This document shows positions 1-9,305 of a stretch of DNA of 64,000 nucleotides, in pieces. Origin of the DNA: Nitrospirales bacterium (lineage in GTDB: Bacteria > Nitrospirota > Nitrospiria > Nitrospirales > UBA8639); NCBI GenBank assembly GCA_963555755.3, contig OY820905.2, forward strand, positions 576,001 through 640,000. The letters run 5' to 3'. Each line of letters opens with the position of its first letter. Positions within the stretch are counted from its first letter, which is position 1. Both the position numbers and the translations under genes were made by a program. Below the pieces are notes generated by a model that saw nothing but the letters and a program-made list of their open reading frames with translations, had not been told where the DNA came from and did no database searches.

Positions 1-2521
1 TAAGAAACGGATTCCATGTGCTTAAGGGACTTTCAGATAGAGGCCATCGACCCTGTGGGGTTCTTGGACTGGCTGTTCTTTTTGGGTGGATGCCACGTGG
101 ACTCCGGTTTCATGGATGTTCGAGGATAGGATCGGCCCGGCCTCACCCGTTGGTAGTGACTCACAATGGACTCGAAGGCCCGTTGGACGGCGGTCTGCAT
201 CCGAGCATGGAGCACGAGCAGATCTTCGAAGCTTCGCGCAAACACGTGAAGGCAATGTTTGAAGTTGGTCTTGAATGTCCGCCTCGCCCCGGTGCCGGTT
301 CCAACTATGGACGATCCGGGAGGGGCCATGGGCTCAGCTGCGGGGGCTTCGGGATTGAGTGCGTGGTCCGCCCGATTGGCGAACAGCCGGTTCATGGTGA
401 TCAGGACGAAATGCGCGAAGAGCTCTTGTTTGACGCCGCGCTCGGTTTTGGCATGAAACTCCTCGATGAGGAACAGGCGCTTGCTCACCTTGTAGAGTTC
501 CTCGATGCCCCAACGGGCATGGTAGAGATCCATGAACTCCTGGAGCGGATACCGCTGCTGGGGGCCGACCAGGGTGGTGCCCAAGCAAAATCGGCTGCCG
601 GCCATCTCATATTTCAGAAGCCGCAGGCTCAACGGGATGATGGCGAGATCAGGATAGACCGCCCGGATGTCTCGTTGCGTGCGTGCGGCGGGGAAGAGGG
701 TGACCGTGGTGTCGGTGTCCGGGCCGGCAAAAAACTCTTGAATCTCCTTGAACCCGCTGTCTTGGAGACGAAACACGGCGTGGATCCCGGCGGTCCAGTG
801 CTGATGCAGCAGGACGTAGGAGAAATAGCCTCGATCGTACACCACGACATCGTTGGGCTTCAGCACAGCCAGGTGCCGCAGGGCGCACCGTCGCTCGTTG
901 CCATGCGCGACGAGGTCGAAATCCCAGGGCACTTGCGACGTGAGGTGGTAGAGGCAACTCAGCAACCCTTGAGGATAGTGTGCATTGTCAGAGGGCAAGG
1001 GGTAGCCACACGCCCGCAACGCGCGGGGCAGTGTAAGCTTGGAGCCATCGACGGCAAACACCCGATGGCCCAACCAGGTGTCGTTGGAGTCGTGTGGGGC
1101 ATAGGCGTCCAGAATGTTCCGGTTGACGGACTGGAAAATGGCTTCGTCCAGTTTGCGACGTGCGACACAAAAGGACGCCGGCGCGATGCTGTGGGGTTGC
1201 GGGAGCGCGAGCGCCAGGTTGTCGCAACTGTCCCACAAGTCATCAATGGTGGTGCCGTAACTTTGGGAGTTGGTTGACGACACCAACCGAAAGATCAACA
1301 GCATCAGGATCAGGGAATCGATCACCCGTTTCCGGACGCGCCACTGGTCATCGTACTGGGCCGCCACGTCGTGGAGGATGTGGACCACCTGTTTCCACCA
1401 GGCGACAAACCCTTCCCCGACGGACCGTGTGCGACTGGCTCGCACGTCGTTGCGATAGCGTGTCTTCACCGTGACGGCTCGATGCCCGGCAGTCAGGCAC
1501 GCGCGCCAGTCGGGTTGGAGCGGATAGAGAAAAATCTCTTTTGTCGTGGGTGGACGGTCCGACGTTGAGCCAAACCGCCCGCGCCCCTCGGTGTAGCCCA
1601 CGAAGTGCCAATTGGCCGCTCGATAACAGGTCCCGGCAAACCGGGAGGGATCGATGAACGTTTCAATCAGCACCGGGCGATAACCGTAGACTTCAACCCA
1701 GTCGTCCCCGATCTGCTTGGTGGCCCGCGCCAGCACATGGCTGGCGAGATTCGGCACGTCAATCCACGGAAAGATCAAAAACCGATCATTGCGCAACACC
1801 AATGGCAGGAGCTTCCTCCGGTGCGTCACGTCCCAGCCAATCCAGTGATCTCTGGGGGCCAGCGCCCAGGCGGCCGAGGCCGAAAACAGCAGACAGCCCA
1901 GCGGGTACGGCTGGGCGGCCGATCTCACCAGATAGCCCAGCTGGGCCCCGATCGGGTGTTTATAGCCCAAATAATGATAGGTCTGCAGGTAGGCTTTCCA
2001 GCTCTCGCGTTCCTCTTTCGAGACCACCCGGTGCAGGGTAATTGGGGCCACGGCGGCGAGGGTGTCGGTGAGTGGCTCGGTGGGGGGCGGCTCGTGAAAC
2101 GCAGGGATGGGGTGTCCCGGCGCGCGCTTGTGGCGCGTGGCCGGCAGAGTCACGATCCCGTGCGCTTCCAGCTCGGTCAGCAAGGTCAAACAGGAATGAA
2201 TCTTGTTGTGGCCCGTCGGCGTGGTCCAGCTGAGATGCTCACAGACGGTGAGGGCCAATTCCTTCCGACTCAGGTGGGGGAACAGCTGGACGGTTTCTTG
2301 GACCTGCGCCAACTGCTTGCGGGTGAACCGCCGCCCGCTAAAGGTCGTCTTGGGTAAGGTGTCCACAGTCTTCATCGAGGATAGTCTCTCAGAAGACGGA
2401 AAAGAAGTCAAGCGAAAAAGGACACCAGGGCGACTTCGGTTCAGAAGCCCTGATCAATCAACCAGTTCCGCTGATAACAGAGAAGGCAGATTGTTCGTTC
2501 GAACCAAACCGAATGCCATTG
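1..2521 (-). mobile_element. IS4-family insertion sequence, 3' end cut by the window edge
   Basis: IS4-like end CAATGGCATTC on the minus strand at ~2511-2521; GC visibly higher than flanks; other end apparently just outside the window. Confidence 0.65.
33..2375 (-). CDS. IS4-family DDE transposase with N-terminal DUF4338 (DruA/Mom-like) domain
   Basis: N-half motifs HYLG, RFLIFPW..VPNLAS, ETFIDP.RF.GTCYRAANW..G.T.GRG; C-half IS4 motifs VFAVDGS, VVVYDRGY, YHARWGIEELYK (YREK) and C-terminal RPGRSYPR; probable start MKTVDT at 2375. Confidence 0.85.
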   Translation of the reverse strand: MKTVDTLPKTTFSGRRFTRKQLAQVQETVQLFPHLSRKELALTVCEHLSWTTPTGHNKIHSCLTLLTELEAHGIVTLPATRHKRAPGHPIPAFHEPPPTEPLTDTLAAVAPITLHRVVSKEERESWKAYLQTYHYLGYKHPIGAQLGYLVRSAAQPYPLGCLLFSASAAWALAPRDHWIGWDVTHRRKLLPLVLRNDRFLIFPWIDVPNLASHVLARATKQIGDDWVEVYGYRPVLIETFIDPSRFAGTCYRAANWHFVGYTEGRGRFGSTSDRPPTTKEIFLYPLQPDWRACLTAGHRAVTVKTRYRNDVRASRTRSVGEGFVAWWKQVVHILHDVAAQYDDQWRVRKRVIDSLILMLLIFRLVSSTNSQSYGTTIDDLWDSCDNLALALPQPHSIAPASFCVARRKLDEAIFQSVNRNILDAYAPHDSNDTWLGHRVFAVDGSKLTLPRALRACGYPLPSDNAHYPQGLLSCLYHLTSQVPWDFDLVAHGNERRCALRHLAVLKPNDVVVYDRGYFSYVLLHQHWTAGIHAVFRLQDSGFKEIQEFFAGPDTDTTVTLFPAARTQRDIRAVYPDLAIIPLSLRLLKYEMAGSRFCLGTTLVGPQQRYPLQEFMDLYHARWGIEELYKVSKRLFLIEEFHAKTERGVKQELFAHFVLITMNRLFANRADHALNPEAPAAEPMAPPGSSIVGTGTGARRTFKTNFKHCLHVFARSFEDLLVLHARMQTAVQRAFESIVSHYQRVRPGRSYPRTSMKPESTWHPPKKNSQSKNPTGSMASI

Positions 2522-2608
2522 ACCCTCATGGGGCCGCGCACGGGCAAATATGGTTTTGGGTCCTTTTGCCTAAACAAAAGGATCTCACCGAGCGGGGATG
2601 AAACCCCG
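2522..2608. repeat. REP-like double hairpin next to the IS end
   Basis: GGGTCCTTTTG-cctaaa-CAAAAGGATCT and CGGGG-atgaaa-CCCCG. Confidence 0.5.
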
Positions 2609-2708
2609 AATAAAATGATTTTTGTTTTGTAGCCTTGGATATAAAGGGCAGAAGCAATAAAGAGCCTGGCAGCAAGATCTCTGGGTATTCAGGGGAAATA
2701 TTGATTTG

Positions 2709-2743
2709 AAAATCCCCCTATCCCCCTTTTCCAAAGGGGGGAT
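2709..2743. repeat. Short REP-like palindrome AAAATCCCCCTANCCCCCTTTTCCAAAGGGGGGAT
   Basis: Near-identical copies at 4901-4935 and 17797-17830 (reverse); degenerate copies at 9998-10030 and 10123-10156. Confidence 0.8.
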
Positions 2744-2785
2744 CTGAAAAGTCACCTTCGGAGCAAGGTGCCGGGAATAGCAAGT

Positions 2786-3646
2786 TTAGGTGGGATTAAT
2801 TCCAACAATATACGCAATCCATGCCAAATCGGCATCGCCTTTTTCGACTCGGTGATAGGTCGTTGTACCTTCGTTGGTTTTCGGATCAGTCCCCTCCCAA
2901 AGAAAATGGACATCCTGAAATCCCGCCTCCCGCAAAAGCTCCATGACTTCAGGCATAGACCATAATCTCCAGTCATACACAAAGGCATCGCGCAGCTCAC
3001 TGCCATCTTCAAAGGAAAAGTGAATACGTGTGGTGTAGAAATGAGTTGACGGATCAAACTCATCCTGATCCCAGATAAAGGTGAAATCACCGATGCCATC
3101 ATTATCGGGATTCTCAACCTCACGCGCCTCTTCCTGAGGGACAAAGCTTTCACTCCCCCCCCAAATATCCAGCATAAACATTCCGCCTGGCTGCAGGGAT
3201 TTTCTGGCTCTTTTAAAATACTGCAGCAATGTGGACCGGTCTTTAAATACCATGTAGCTGAAATTCATGGCCACGGTCATTTGGGCTTGAGAGGGATGGC
3301 GATCAAGCACGTTGCCTTGGACGAGATTGAGGCGTTGTTGTTGTTCTGGAGTCAGACACGAAATATTATGCTTGATGCCCCAATTCAGCGTAGGCCAATC
3401 CAGATCTACACCCATGGCGTAATTATCTGGATGAGCCGTCACAAAGTAGGCTGCAAGCGCTGCGGTACCACAAAAGTCTTCCCGAAAATTATGAAGAGTT
3501 TGCCCTGTATACTCTTCATAGTGATACGCGAAAAACGGAATATCACTGTCTGGGCCTTGGACACTTTTTTGATACAAAGCATGCGGGTCAGCCAGATCGG
3601 CCATTAACGGGCGCTTCCTGGGCCTTTTGGTTTTTTGTTTTGGCAA
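2786..3646 (-). CDS. Class I SAM-dependent methyltransferase
   Basis: REDFCGTA, GVDLD and L.PGG.F.LD motifs; AAGGAG RBS before TTG. Confidence 0.75.
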   Translation of the reverse strand: MPKQKTKRPRKRPLMADLADPHALYQKSVQGPDSDIPFFAYHYEEYTGQTLHNFREDFCGTAALAAYFVTAHPDNYAMGVDLDWPTLNWGIKHNISCLTPEQQQRLNLVQGNVLDRHPSQAQMTVAMNFSYMVFKDRSTLLQYFKRARKSLQPGGMFMLDIWGGSESFVPQEEAREVENPDNDGIGDFTFIWDQDEFDPSTHFYTTRIHFSFEDGSELRDAFVYDWRLWSMPEVMELLREAGFQDVHFLWEGTDPKTNEGTTTYHRVEKGDADLAWIAYIVGINPT

Positions 3647-3658
3647 AGGTTCTCCTTA

Positions 3659-3815
3659 GGGCTCGCGCAAGAATAATTTCCCTTGTTTGGGTGCTGAGGC
3701 GCCTGTCTGGCAAGGCGCGAGGACGGCGCATACTCCTCGTATGGAAAGGACGAGCAACGCCGCCAGACAGGATGGATCGACGCCCAAACAGGGGAAGTTA
3801 TTCTTGCGCGAGCCC
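3659..3815. mobile_element. MITE-like element family A, copy 1
   Basis: ~35-bp terminal inverted repeat GGGCTCGCGCAAGAATAA...; flanked by TTA/TTA; homologous copies at 20366, 37223 and 52969. Confidence 0.85.
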
Positions 3816-4090
3816 TTAGTATGTAAGGACTAGTATAAGTCGTGTATCATAGGGAAGAAACGAATCTGTTTCTAGATGCTTTGAAAACTTTTTTAAATTT
3901 TTGGGAACTTTTTCTGCAAGTTGTCCAATCTCCGATGAGTTTCTTATACTCTTGAACAGGCCGGGATGAAAGAGAACCCCTCACCCTTCCCTTTCCCCTC
4001 AGGGGCGAGAGGAATTATAGGTTGAGCCCCCTCATTGCCATCTCATCGAATATTTATTTTCACGTAAAATTTTACGGAAGGAGTGTTTGA

Positions 4091-4759
4091 ATGGAATATG
4101 CAAAAGAAGAAGGAAAAACTGATGTTCAGGATGACCCGAAGGCCAGGGAGCTTATGAGACAGGCGTTTGAGAAGACTTCGCGATGGCCAGATGGGTTTGG
4201 TGGGTTTGAGGCAGATTTATCGATCAACGTGAATGGCGAGGTGACCACCGGTACGGTGACGGTGAAATCGTCTAAAGAAGTTGAAGTATCACTTCCGAAT
4301 GAGGACCTTCAAAAATGGGCGCAGGGGCAAATTTCCATGATTGCCACGCATCGTGGGCCACGGAACTTTGATGAGTCCGATGGGAAATACAATCTTTCAT
4401 TTGCTGGTCAGGAGAATCATCCTCAAGGACCACGCATCAATTTAGGTGATCCGATGAACTCCTCTTATCGTGTCAAAGATAGTCGCATCACACAGATTAA
4501 TCGGAAAATGCCGTATGTCGCGTTCACAATTAATGTCGAAGATAGTGCGCTGACTCAAGATGACAAATACCTCACCACCCGCTACACCGTGTATTATTTC
4601 TCCCCTAAGGATGGCTCACTGTCGAATGTCGAAAGTTTTTCAGACACTCACACAAGAGTTGGGAGTGCGGATCTGCCTGCGACACGACGCATTATTTCGT
4701 ATGAAAAAGGTGAGATGGTGACGCGGACGATGACGTTTGAAAATCATAAAACCCTGTAA
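4091..4759 (+). CDS. DUF3386-like protein
   Basis: ARELMRQAFEK.SRWP..FGGF.AD and SSYRVKD.RITQINR pattern; GGAG RBS. Confidence 0.65.
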   Translation: MEYAKEEGKTDVQDDPKARELMRQAFEKTSRWPDGFGGFEADLSINVNGEVTTGTVTVKSSKEVEVSLPNEDLQKWAQGQISMIATHRGPRNFDESDGKYNLSFAGQENHPQGPRINLGDPMNSSYRVKDSRITQINRKMPYVAFTINVEDSALTQDDKYLTTRYTVYYFSPKDGSLSNVESFSDTHTRVGSADLPATRRIISYEKGEMVTRTMTFENHKTL

Positions 4760-4779
4760 CGGTAGGTTCTTACAAGTTC

Positions 4780-4828
4780 AAATTTCTCCGTTCGTGCTGA
4801 GCTTGTCGAAGCATGAACGGAGAAATTT
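4780..4828. repeat. REP-like hairpin, possible terminator
   Basis: AAATTTCTCCGTTCGTGCT-gagcttgtcga-AGCATGAACGGAGAAATTT. Confidence 0.7.
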
Positions 4829-4960
4829 ATGTTAATCACCTACTTGCGAACAATATTTACTTCCACAAGCAGCTGGGAATTTATGTGGAAAATGGTTGTG
4901 AAAATCCCCCTAACCCCCTTTTCCAAAGGGGGGATACTGCTGAGCGCTGAAATTTAGATT

Positions 4961-5389
4961 ATGGATCTCAGATCAGAATATCCACGTAGCATGCGCGAAA
5001 GTTTTGGCGGCTACGTCCACTTGGCTCGGATGATTGATAAATGCCGGGCCAAGCATGTGGGCATGTTGGGCGAATATATTTTTCCCTGCCCCATAGATCA
5101 GCGCCTCTTAGATTTTACTGGGATTTCCGGCGACACGTTTCTAGAGACCGTTCACTCTCGAACAGACGATGAAGTCCTTCATTGGCTCCAATCCACCGCC
5201 CTCTCTCACACCCCTCAGGAAATTGAAGATTGGAACTCTACTCTCCTCAACCGTGGACCTGATACAGACGAAAAGCGCGAATATTTCAAAAAGATTCGCG
5301 ACAGCATCGATCCTACCCGCACCGATATTACCACCTGGGCCGATTTGTTAGATTTAGATGAAGGAAGAAAGGTGTCCTTGAGGACGTAA
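4961..5389 (+). CDS. DUF5069-like protein
   Basis: DL...PRS.R..GGYVHLARMIDKCRA...GEY...CP.D...DLDEGR pattern. Confidence 0.7.
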   Translation: MDLRSEYPRSMRESFGGYVHLARMIDKCRAKHVGMLGEYIFPCPIDQRLLDFTGISGDTFLETVHSRTDDEVLHWLQSTALSHTPQEIEDWNSTLLNRGPDTDEKREYFKKIRDSIDPTRTDITTWADLLDLDEGRKVSLRT

Positions 5390-5453
5390 CGTGTGCAAGG
5401 GAAGAAAAACCAATAGTGGAAAAATACGCTTTAATCTCGGCCTGCAATGCACT

Positions 5454-6182
5454 TTAAGAAAGCCCCTGCCCGCTGGTTCCGCCACCGAAGCCGCCGAAGC
5501 TTCCCCCGAATCCCCCCTGGCCTGTGCTCCAATATTCTCCACGTCGCCACCGTTGGAACGGATGCCGTCGCTCTGGTCGTGTGAAACGCCAGAGGGCAAA
5601 TACCATAGCCACCACCGCGGCGATTTTCATCCAAAAGCCCCTATTCGAGGACCGTTTCTTTTTTGCAAATTCTTTGGTCACACTGCCAGAGGCTGAGGCT
5701 AAACCAACAGCGGTTTGAAACAACGCTTCTCCAAATTGAGCATTCTGAAACATGGGATTGAGATATTCCTCTGACAATTTGTCCAGATGGGGTTTGCTGA
5801 TCACGGAGAGTAAATTCCGGCCGAGCACGACCACAGCTTGACGTTCTTTCAATGAGGCCAGCAATAAAATGCCCTGTTCTTGCTGCACCGTACCAATTCG
5901 CCATGCTCCATACAGTTCCTTGGCGTAGTCGCGGGCATGACCAAAAGGACTCACTGTTGGAATGGTCACCACAATCATTTCGACACCGGTGCGAGTTTCC
6001 AATTCCCTGCAGACACTTCGAATCCGAGACTTCCATTCATCAGTGAACATCTCCGCAAAATCACTCACATAACCTCTCGGTGTTGGAAATGTGTGTTTTT
6101 TGATTCCATAGGGCGAGTTAGCCCAACACAAGGAAGGTGCCAGCAAGAACGCCACCATCAGTATCGATGAGAGGATTTTCAT
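5454..6182 (-). CDS. TPM domain-containing membrane protein
   Basis: Signal peptide, GYVSDFA, W.IG...GILLL, transmembrane helix, Gly-rich tail GGFGGSFGGFGGG. Confidence 0.75.
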   Translation of the reverse strand: MKILSSILMVAFLLAPSLCWANSPYGIKKHTFPTPRGYVSDFAEMFTDEWKSRIRSVCRELETRTGVEMIVVTIPTVSPFGHARDYAKELYGAWRIGTVQQEQGILLLASLKERQAVVVLGRNLLSVISKPHLDKLSEEYLNPMFQNAQFGEALFQTAVGLASASGSVTKEFAKKKRSSNRGFWMKIAAVVAMVFALWRFTRPERRHPFQRWRRGEYWSTGQGGFGGSFGGFGGGTSGQGLS

Positions 6183-6958
6183 GATTTGGCTCCCTGAAAG
6201 CGTCCTTCTTGTGCCAGGGCCTCAACTCGTTCCGTCAATGCGCCTAAGGCCACAAGATAACGATCAAGCAGATGTGGGAATTCGTGTTTGCCTGGTGTAC
6301 TTTGTCCTCGTTTCAATAACCAGACTTCGTGGAACGCGCTGGGGTCAAGCTGCAAGACTGAGGACATGCGATCCAAGATAGCATCCGGCGTGCCTGTGGT
6401 TGCTTGACCCAGTAATCGATACAGCCCACGCAGACAGGGAATCAAGGTAGTGAGAGAAATGGGCAACAATGCATGAATACCTTCAGAATTCCCGTTAGAT
6501 TCGACAAATTGTTGGCGGACTCGGAGTAGGTTGCCACGAATTTCTCGTTCACATTCATTAAACAGGTTCCCGCCCGTGAGGTGGAGTTCAGGAAACGGAT
6601 CGCGCCCGGCCAACATCAGGTGGTGATCACGAATGTCAAAGAACTCCAACGGAAACGTTTCAAGAAAATGTTGCAATTCATTTCGTGTAAATAGCAGCGG
6701 AGTCACGAAACGTTCCTTCGCCCACCGACGACTGAGTGTACTGCATTGCTTCATGATGTCGAGCGTGATGGTGTCAAAAACCATGAGAAGATTGATATTC
6801 GATCGTCCCTCAAGAAAATCACCACCAGCCAAACTGCCATACAAAATAATGGCCGACACATCGTCTCCAAGCCTTTTCGTGACATCGCGGAGATAGGAGC
6901 GGAGGATGTCTTGAGTCCGTTCGGGCATTCCTGCCCAGGTTTTTGGAATTTCAGGCAT
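6179..6958 (-). CDS. Nucleotidyltransferase-fold protein
   Basis: SAIILYGS..GDF...SNINLL and FPLEF.DI motifs; overlaps the TPM gene by 4 bp. Confidence 0.65.
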   Translation of the reverse strand: MPEIPKTWAGMPERTQDILRSYLRDVTKRLGDDVSAIILYGSLAGGDFLEGRSNINLLMVFDTITLDIMKQCSTLSRRWAKERFVTPLLFTRNELQHFLETFPLEFFDIRDHHLMLAGRDPFPELHLTGGNLFNECEREIRGNLLRVRQQFVESNGNSEGIHALLPISLTTLIPCLRGLYRLLGQATTGTPDAILDRMSSVLQLDPSAFHEVWLLKRGQSTPGKHEFPHLLDRYLVALGALTERVEALAQEGRFQGAKS

Positions 6959-6993
6959 GAGAATATTGAAGCGTTGTGAAACCTTTTTTGAAA

Positions 6994-8268
6994 TTAGCGT
7001 GACAGAGCATGCGAAGGGAGTTGATTCGCGCGAGGATCTGGAAGAAAACCAGCGGCTTGCAATCGATCAATCATGCCAAAAGGTGGCGTTTTGCGCAATC
7101 CGGCTGTCGCGGTCAACACTTGATATTGAAGACGGAGGTTATGATCAATGGTCGAAAAGACTCGATTGCGAAGCCAGGCTAGAAGCGGATTGGCGGTATT
7201 CCAAAACAACACTTCTTCATCAGCCAGTCGCTGCAGCATCTCGACTTGGGGGCGCCGTTGATTCTCAAAAACTTTTAGCGCCTCAGCCGAATATGTATCC
7301 TGGGCAAAACAGGTCGTGAGCACATCAGCTAGAGCAACGGCATCAACCATAGCCTGCATCCGGCCTTGCGAGGCATGCGGGTTCATCCCGTGGGCCGCAT
7401 CACCGATCAGTACTGCTCCGTCGGCCACCCACGTTTTAGCGCGGGCACGCCCCGTTCCCATATACGCCGTTTGCTCCCATGTCTCTAACCCTTTAAATGT
7501 CTGACCAAGATCCGGATAAATCGCCTGCCACTTCCGTTGCAAAAACTCAACTCCTTGTTGTTTCACCGCCTGAAGGGCATCCGACGCAACCATAAAAAAT
7601 ACGTACACTTGATGCCCGGCAGCGGGAAAGATCCCAAGAATTTCTTTTTCCCCTAGAAAATACTGAGATTCCAAGAGTTGTTCCGGACAGGGCAAAATGG
7701 AAATCAAATAACTTTCTTTGTATCGATGCAACTGCGTCGCGATACCCAATTTTTCACGAACCCGGGAAAATGGACCATCTGCCCCAACGACCACTTTTGC
7801 GGAAATACGCACAGGCTTTCCTTGGGTTTCAGCCTCAACACCCGCAACCGTGCTCCCCTCTTGGATCAGTGACGTAAAGCTGGTGTTGTACCACAACCCG
7901 CCAGGATTTTGCTTTTCGAGCTCTTTAAGCACGGTGTGATGGACGGTGTTCGGGAGTGTGACGAGAGCACGGTTATACGGTTTGGGCAGAAGATCGTAAT
8001 CGATGGTACATAACCGCTTCCCACCGATTTGGCGAAAATGAAAGTACCGGACAGGATTGACCGCCTCCTTGGGAAGGTTATCGAGGAGATGTAATGCATC
8101 AAGGATTTGCTGACCATTGGGTTGGAGAATCTCACCACGCAAGCCGGTAGGCGGACCAGGACTTTTCTCAAGCACCAACGTTTTGATGCCTTTCTTGGCG
8201 AGTAACACGCCAAGAATGGCACCCCCTCCCCCGGCACCTACAATCACGACATCTGTTTGAATATCCAT
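6994..8268 (-). CDS. FAD-dependent monooxygenase/oxidoreductase (UbiH/PheA-like)
   Basis: GAGGGG Rossmann motif, VVGADG..S.VR, LIGDAAH.M.P...QG. Confidence 0.85.
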   Translation of the reverse strand: MDIQTDVVIVGAGGGGAILGVLLAKKGIKTLVLEKSPGPPTGLRGEILQPNGQQILDALHLLDNLPKEAVNPVRYFHFRQIGGKRLCTIDYDLLPKPYNRALVTLPNTVHHTVLKELEKQNPGGLWYNTSFTSLIQEGSTVAGVEAETQGKPVRISAKVVVGADGPFSRVREKLGIATQLHRYKESYLISILPCPEQLLESQYFLGEKEILGIFPAAGHQVYVFFMVASDALQAVKQQGVEFLQRKWQAIYPDLGQTFKGLETWEQTAYMGTGRARAKTWVADGAVLIGDAAHGMNPHASQGRMQAMVDAVALADVLTTCFAQDTYSAEALKVFENQRRPQVEMLQRLADEEVLFWNTANPLLAWLRNRVFSTIDHNLRLQYQVLTATAGLRKTPPFGMIDRLQAAGFLPDPRANQLPSHALSR

Positions 8269-8349
8269 ACCTCTACGCTTCGCTATCTAGAAATGATGGC
8301 CGTACTTGAGGGGAATGTCTGGTTGAACCGACGAAAATTGGCTGACCTA

Positions 8350-8640
8350 GGAGCCTGTCCCAGATTAGACGAATCTACTGCGGATGCGCTGGATTTGGCC
8401 AGATCTTCCGAACCTTTTCGGGGAATGTTGAAACAGGCCGCCAGCTGCGTTCTCGGGCTTTTGGCGTGCTCACGTACTCCGTGTACGCTCCGCGCGCCAA
8501 AAGTCCTGCGGCCTTGCTGGACGGCCTTTTTGAACCTTCCCCGTTTTCGTTGAATAGTCCAACTATTCGCCTCAAACGGTCGAAACATCTGACTCAAACC
8601 AGCACATCCTCGCAACGATCGCTAATCTCGGACAGGCTCC
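8350..8640. mobile_element. MITE-like family C copy carrying a nested family B element
   Basis: TIR GGAGCCTGTCC.AGATTAG at a CTAG/TA site; 291 bp = 162-bp empty copy (53614-53775) + 121 + 8. Confidence 0.85.
8421..8541. mobile_element. MITE-like family B, copy 1 (nested)
   Basis: TIR GGGAATGTTGAAA / TTTTTGAACCTTCCC; flanked by CCTTTTCG / CGTTTTCG. Confidence 0.8.
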
Positions 8641-8643
8641 TAG

Positions 8644-8907
8644 TCAGTATTCAAAAATTTTTTGAAAATGATCCTCTGCTTCTTCCCAAGCAGCGGAGTT
8701 GGTTTTCTGCAGCCAACCTTTGAGAAAGGCTTTTTGCTCCGCGGTTAACATCTGTTTGATTTGATGGGTTCGTCCTTGCAGCGGTTGCAAAAACCCAACA
8801 TTCTTTTTCGGATCCAGCGTGGCCGTCCGGACATAGACATTGGTATAGGCGGATGGGACATCATCCTCTCCTTCGCCCTGGAGCCACACGGAAAGATACT
8901 TATCCAT
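8644..8907 (-). CDS. Small hypothetical protein
   Basis: Compact ORF MDKYLSVWL...; start uncertain. Confidence 0.55.
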   Translation of the reverse strand: MDKYLSVWLQGEGEDDVPSAYTNVYVRTATLDPKKNVGFLQPLQGRTHQIKQMLTAEQKAFLKGWLQKTNSAAWEEAEDHFQKIFEY

Positions 8908-9305
8908 ATTTAACCCCGTACTATCTATTGCCGGTTCTGTTTCATGGAACAGATCATTTTCGGTCTGAGACAGCGGAGTGGCTTCATGAGCCCGGAAAAG
9001 AAAATTGTGATTCCACATCAGCCTGTTACCTGAACGAAACAGCGAGTTGATAAAAAATTTCGAATCCGGCCATATTGTCAAGGACCTCAATCGAAAGTCA
9101 ACTCTAAGAAGGGTTCCACTATCGAAGATTCATCTATTCCTTGAAGATCCTTCCTTGCTACAATTGCACCCTTAGGGTTTACTCATGAGGGATGATTCTG
9201 GTAATGTTTTTTTGAAAAATTTCCTACCCCCTCGAGACAACTTGATGTCAATGATTACATGACTATTTTTGGTTTTTTCATCCTAGGAGGAAGGAGTCAG
9301 TCTTT

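Noticed and set aside
18..2357. Long plus-strand ORFs (419 aa and 250 aa)
   Set aside because: Antisense shadows of the GC-rich transposase gene with no recognisable motifs.
33..2375. Druantia anti-phage system
   Set aside because: Only a DruA-like domain fused to a transposase; no DruE helicase or other dru genes.
8257..8723. Small ORFs containing MLKQAASCVL/MLKKAASGVL-type peptides (also near 43.2-44.3 kb and 55.2-55.6 kb)
   Set aside because: Translations of the repeated family B/C elements, not independent genes.
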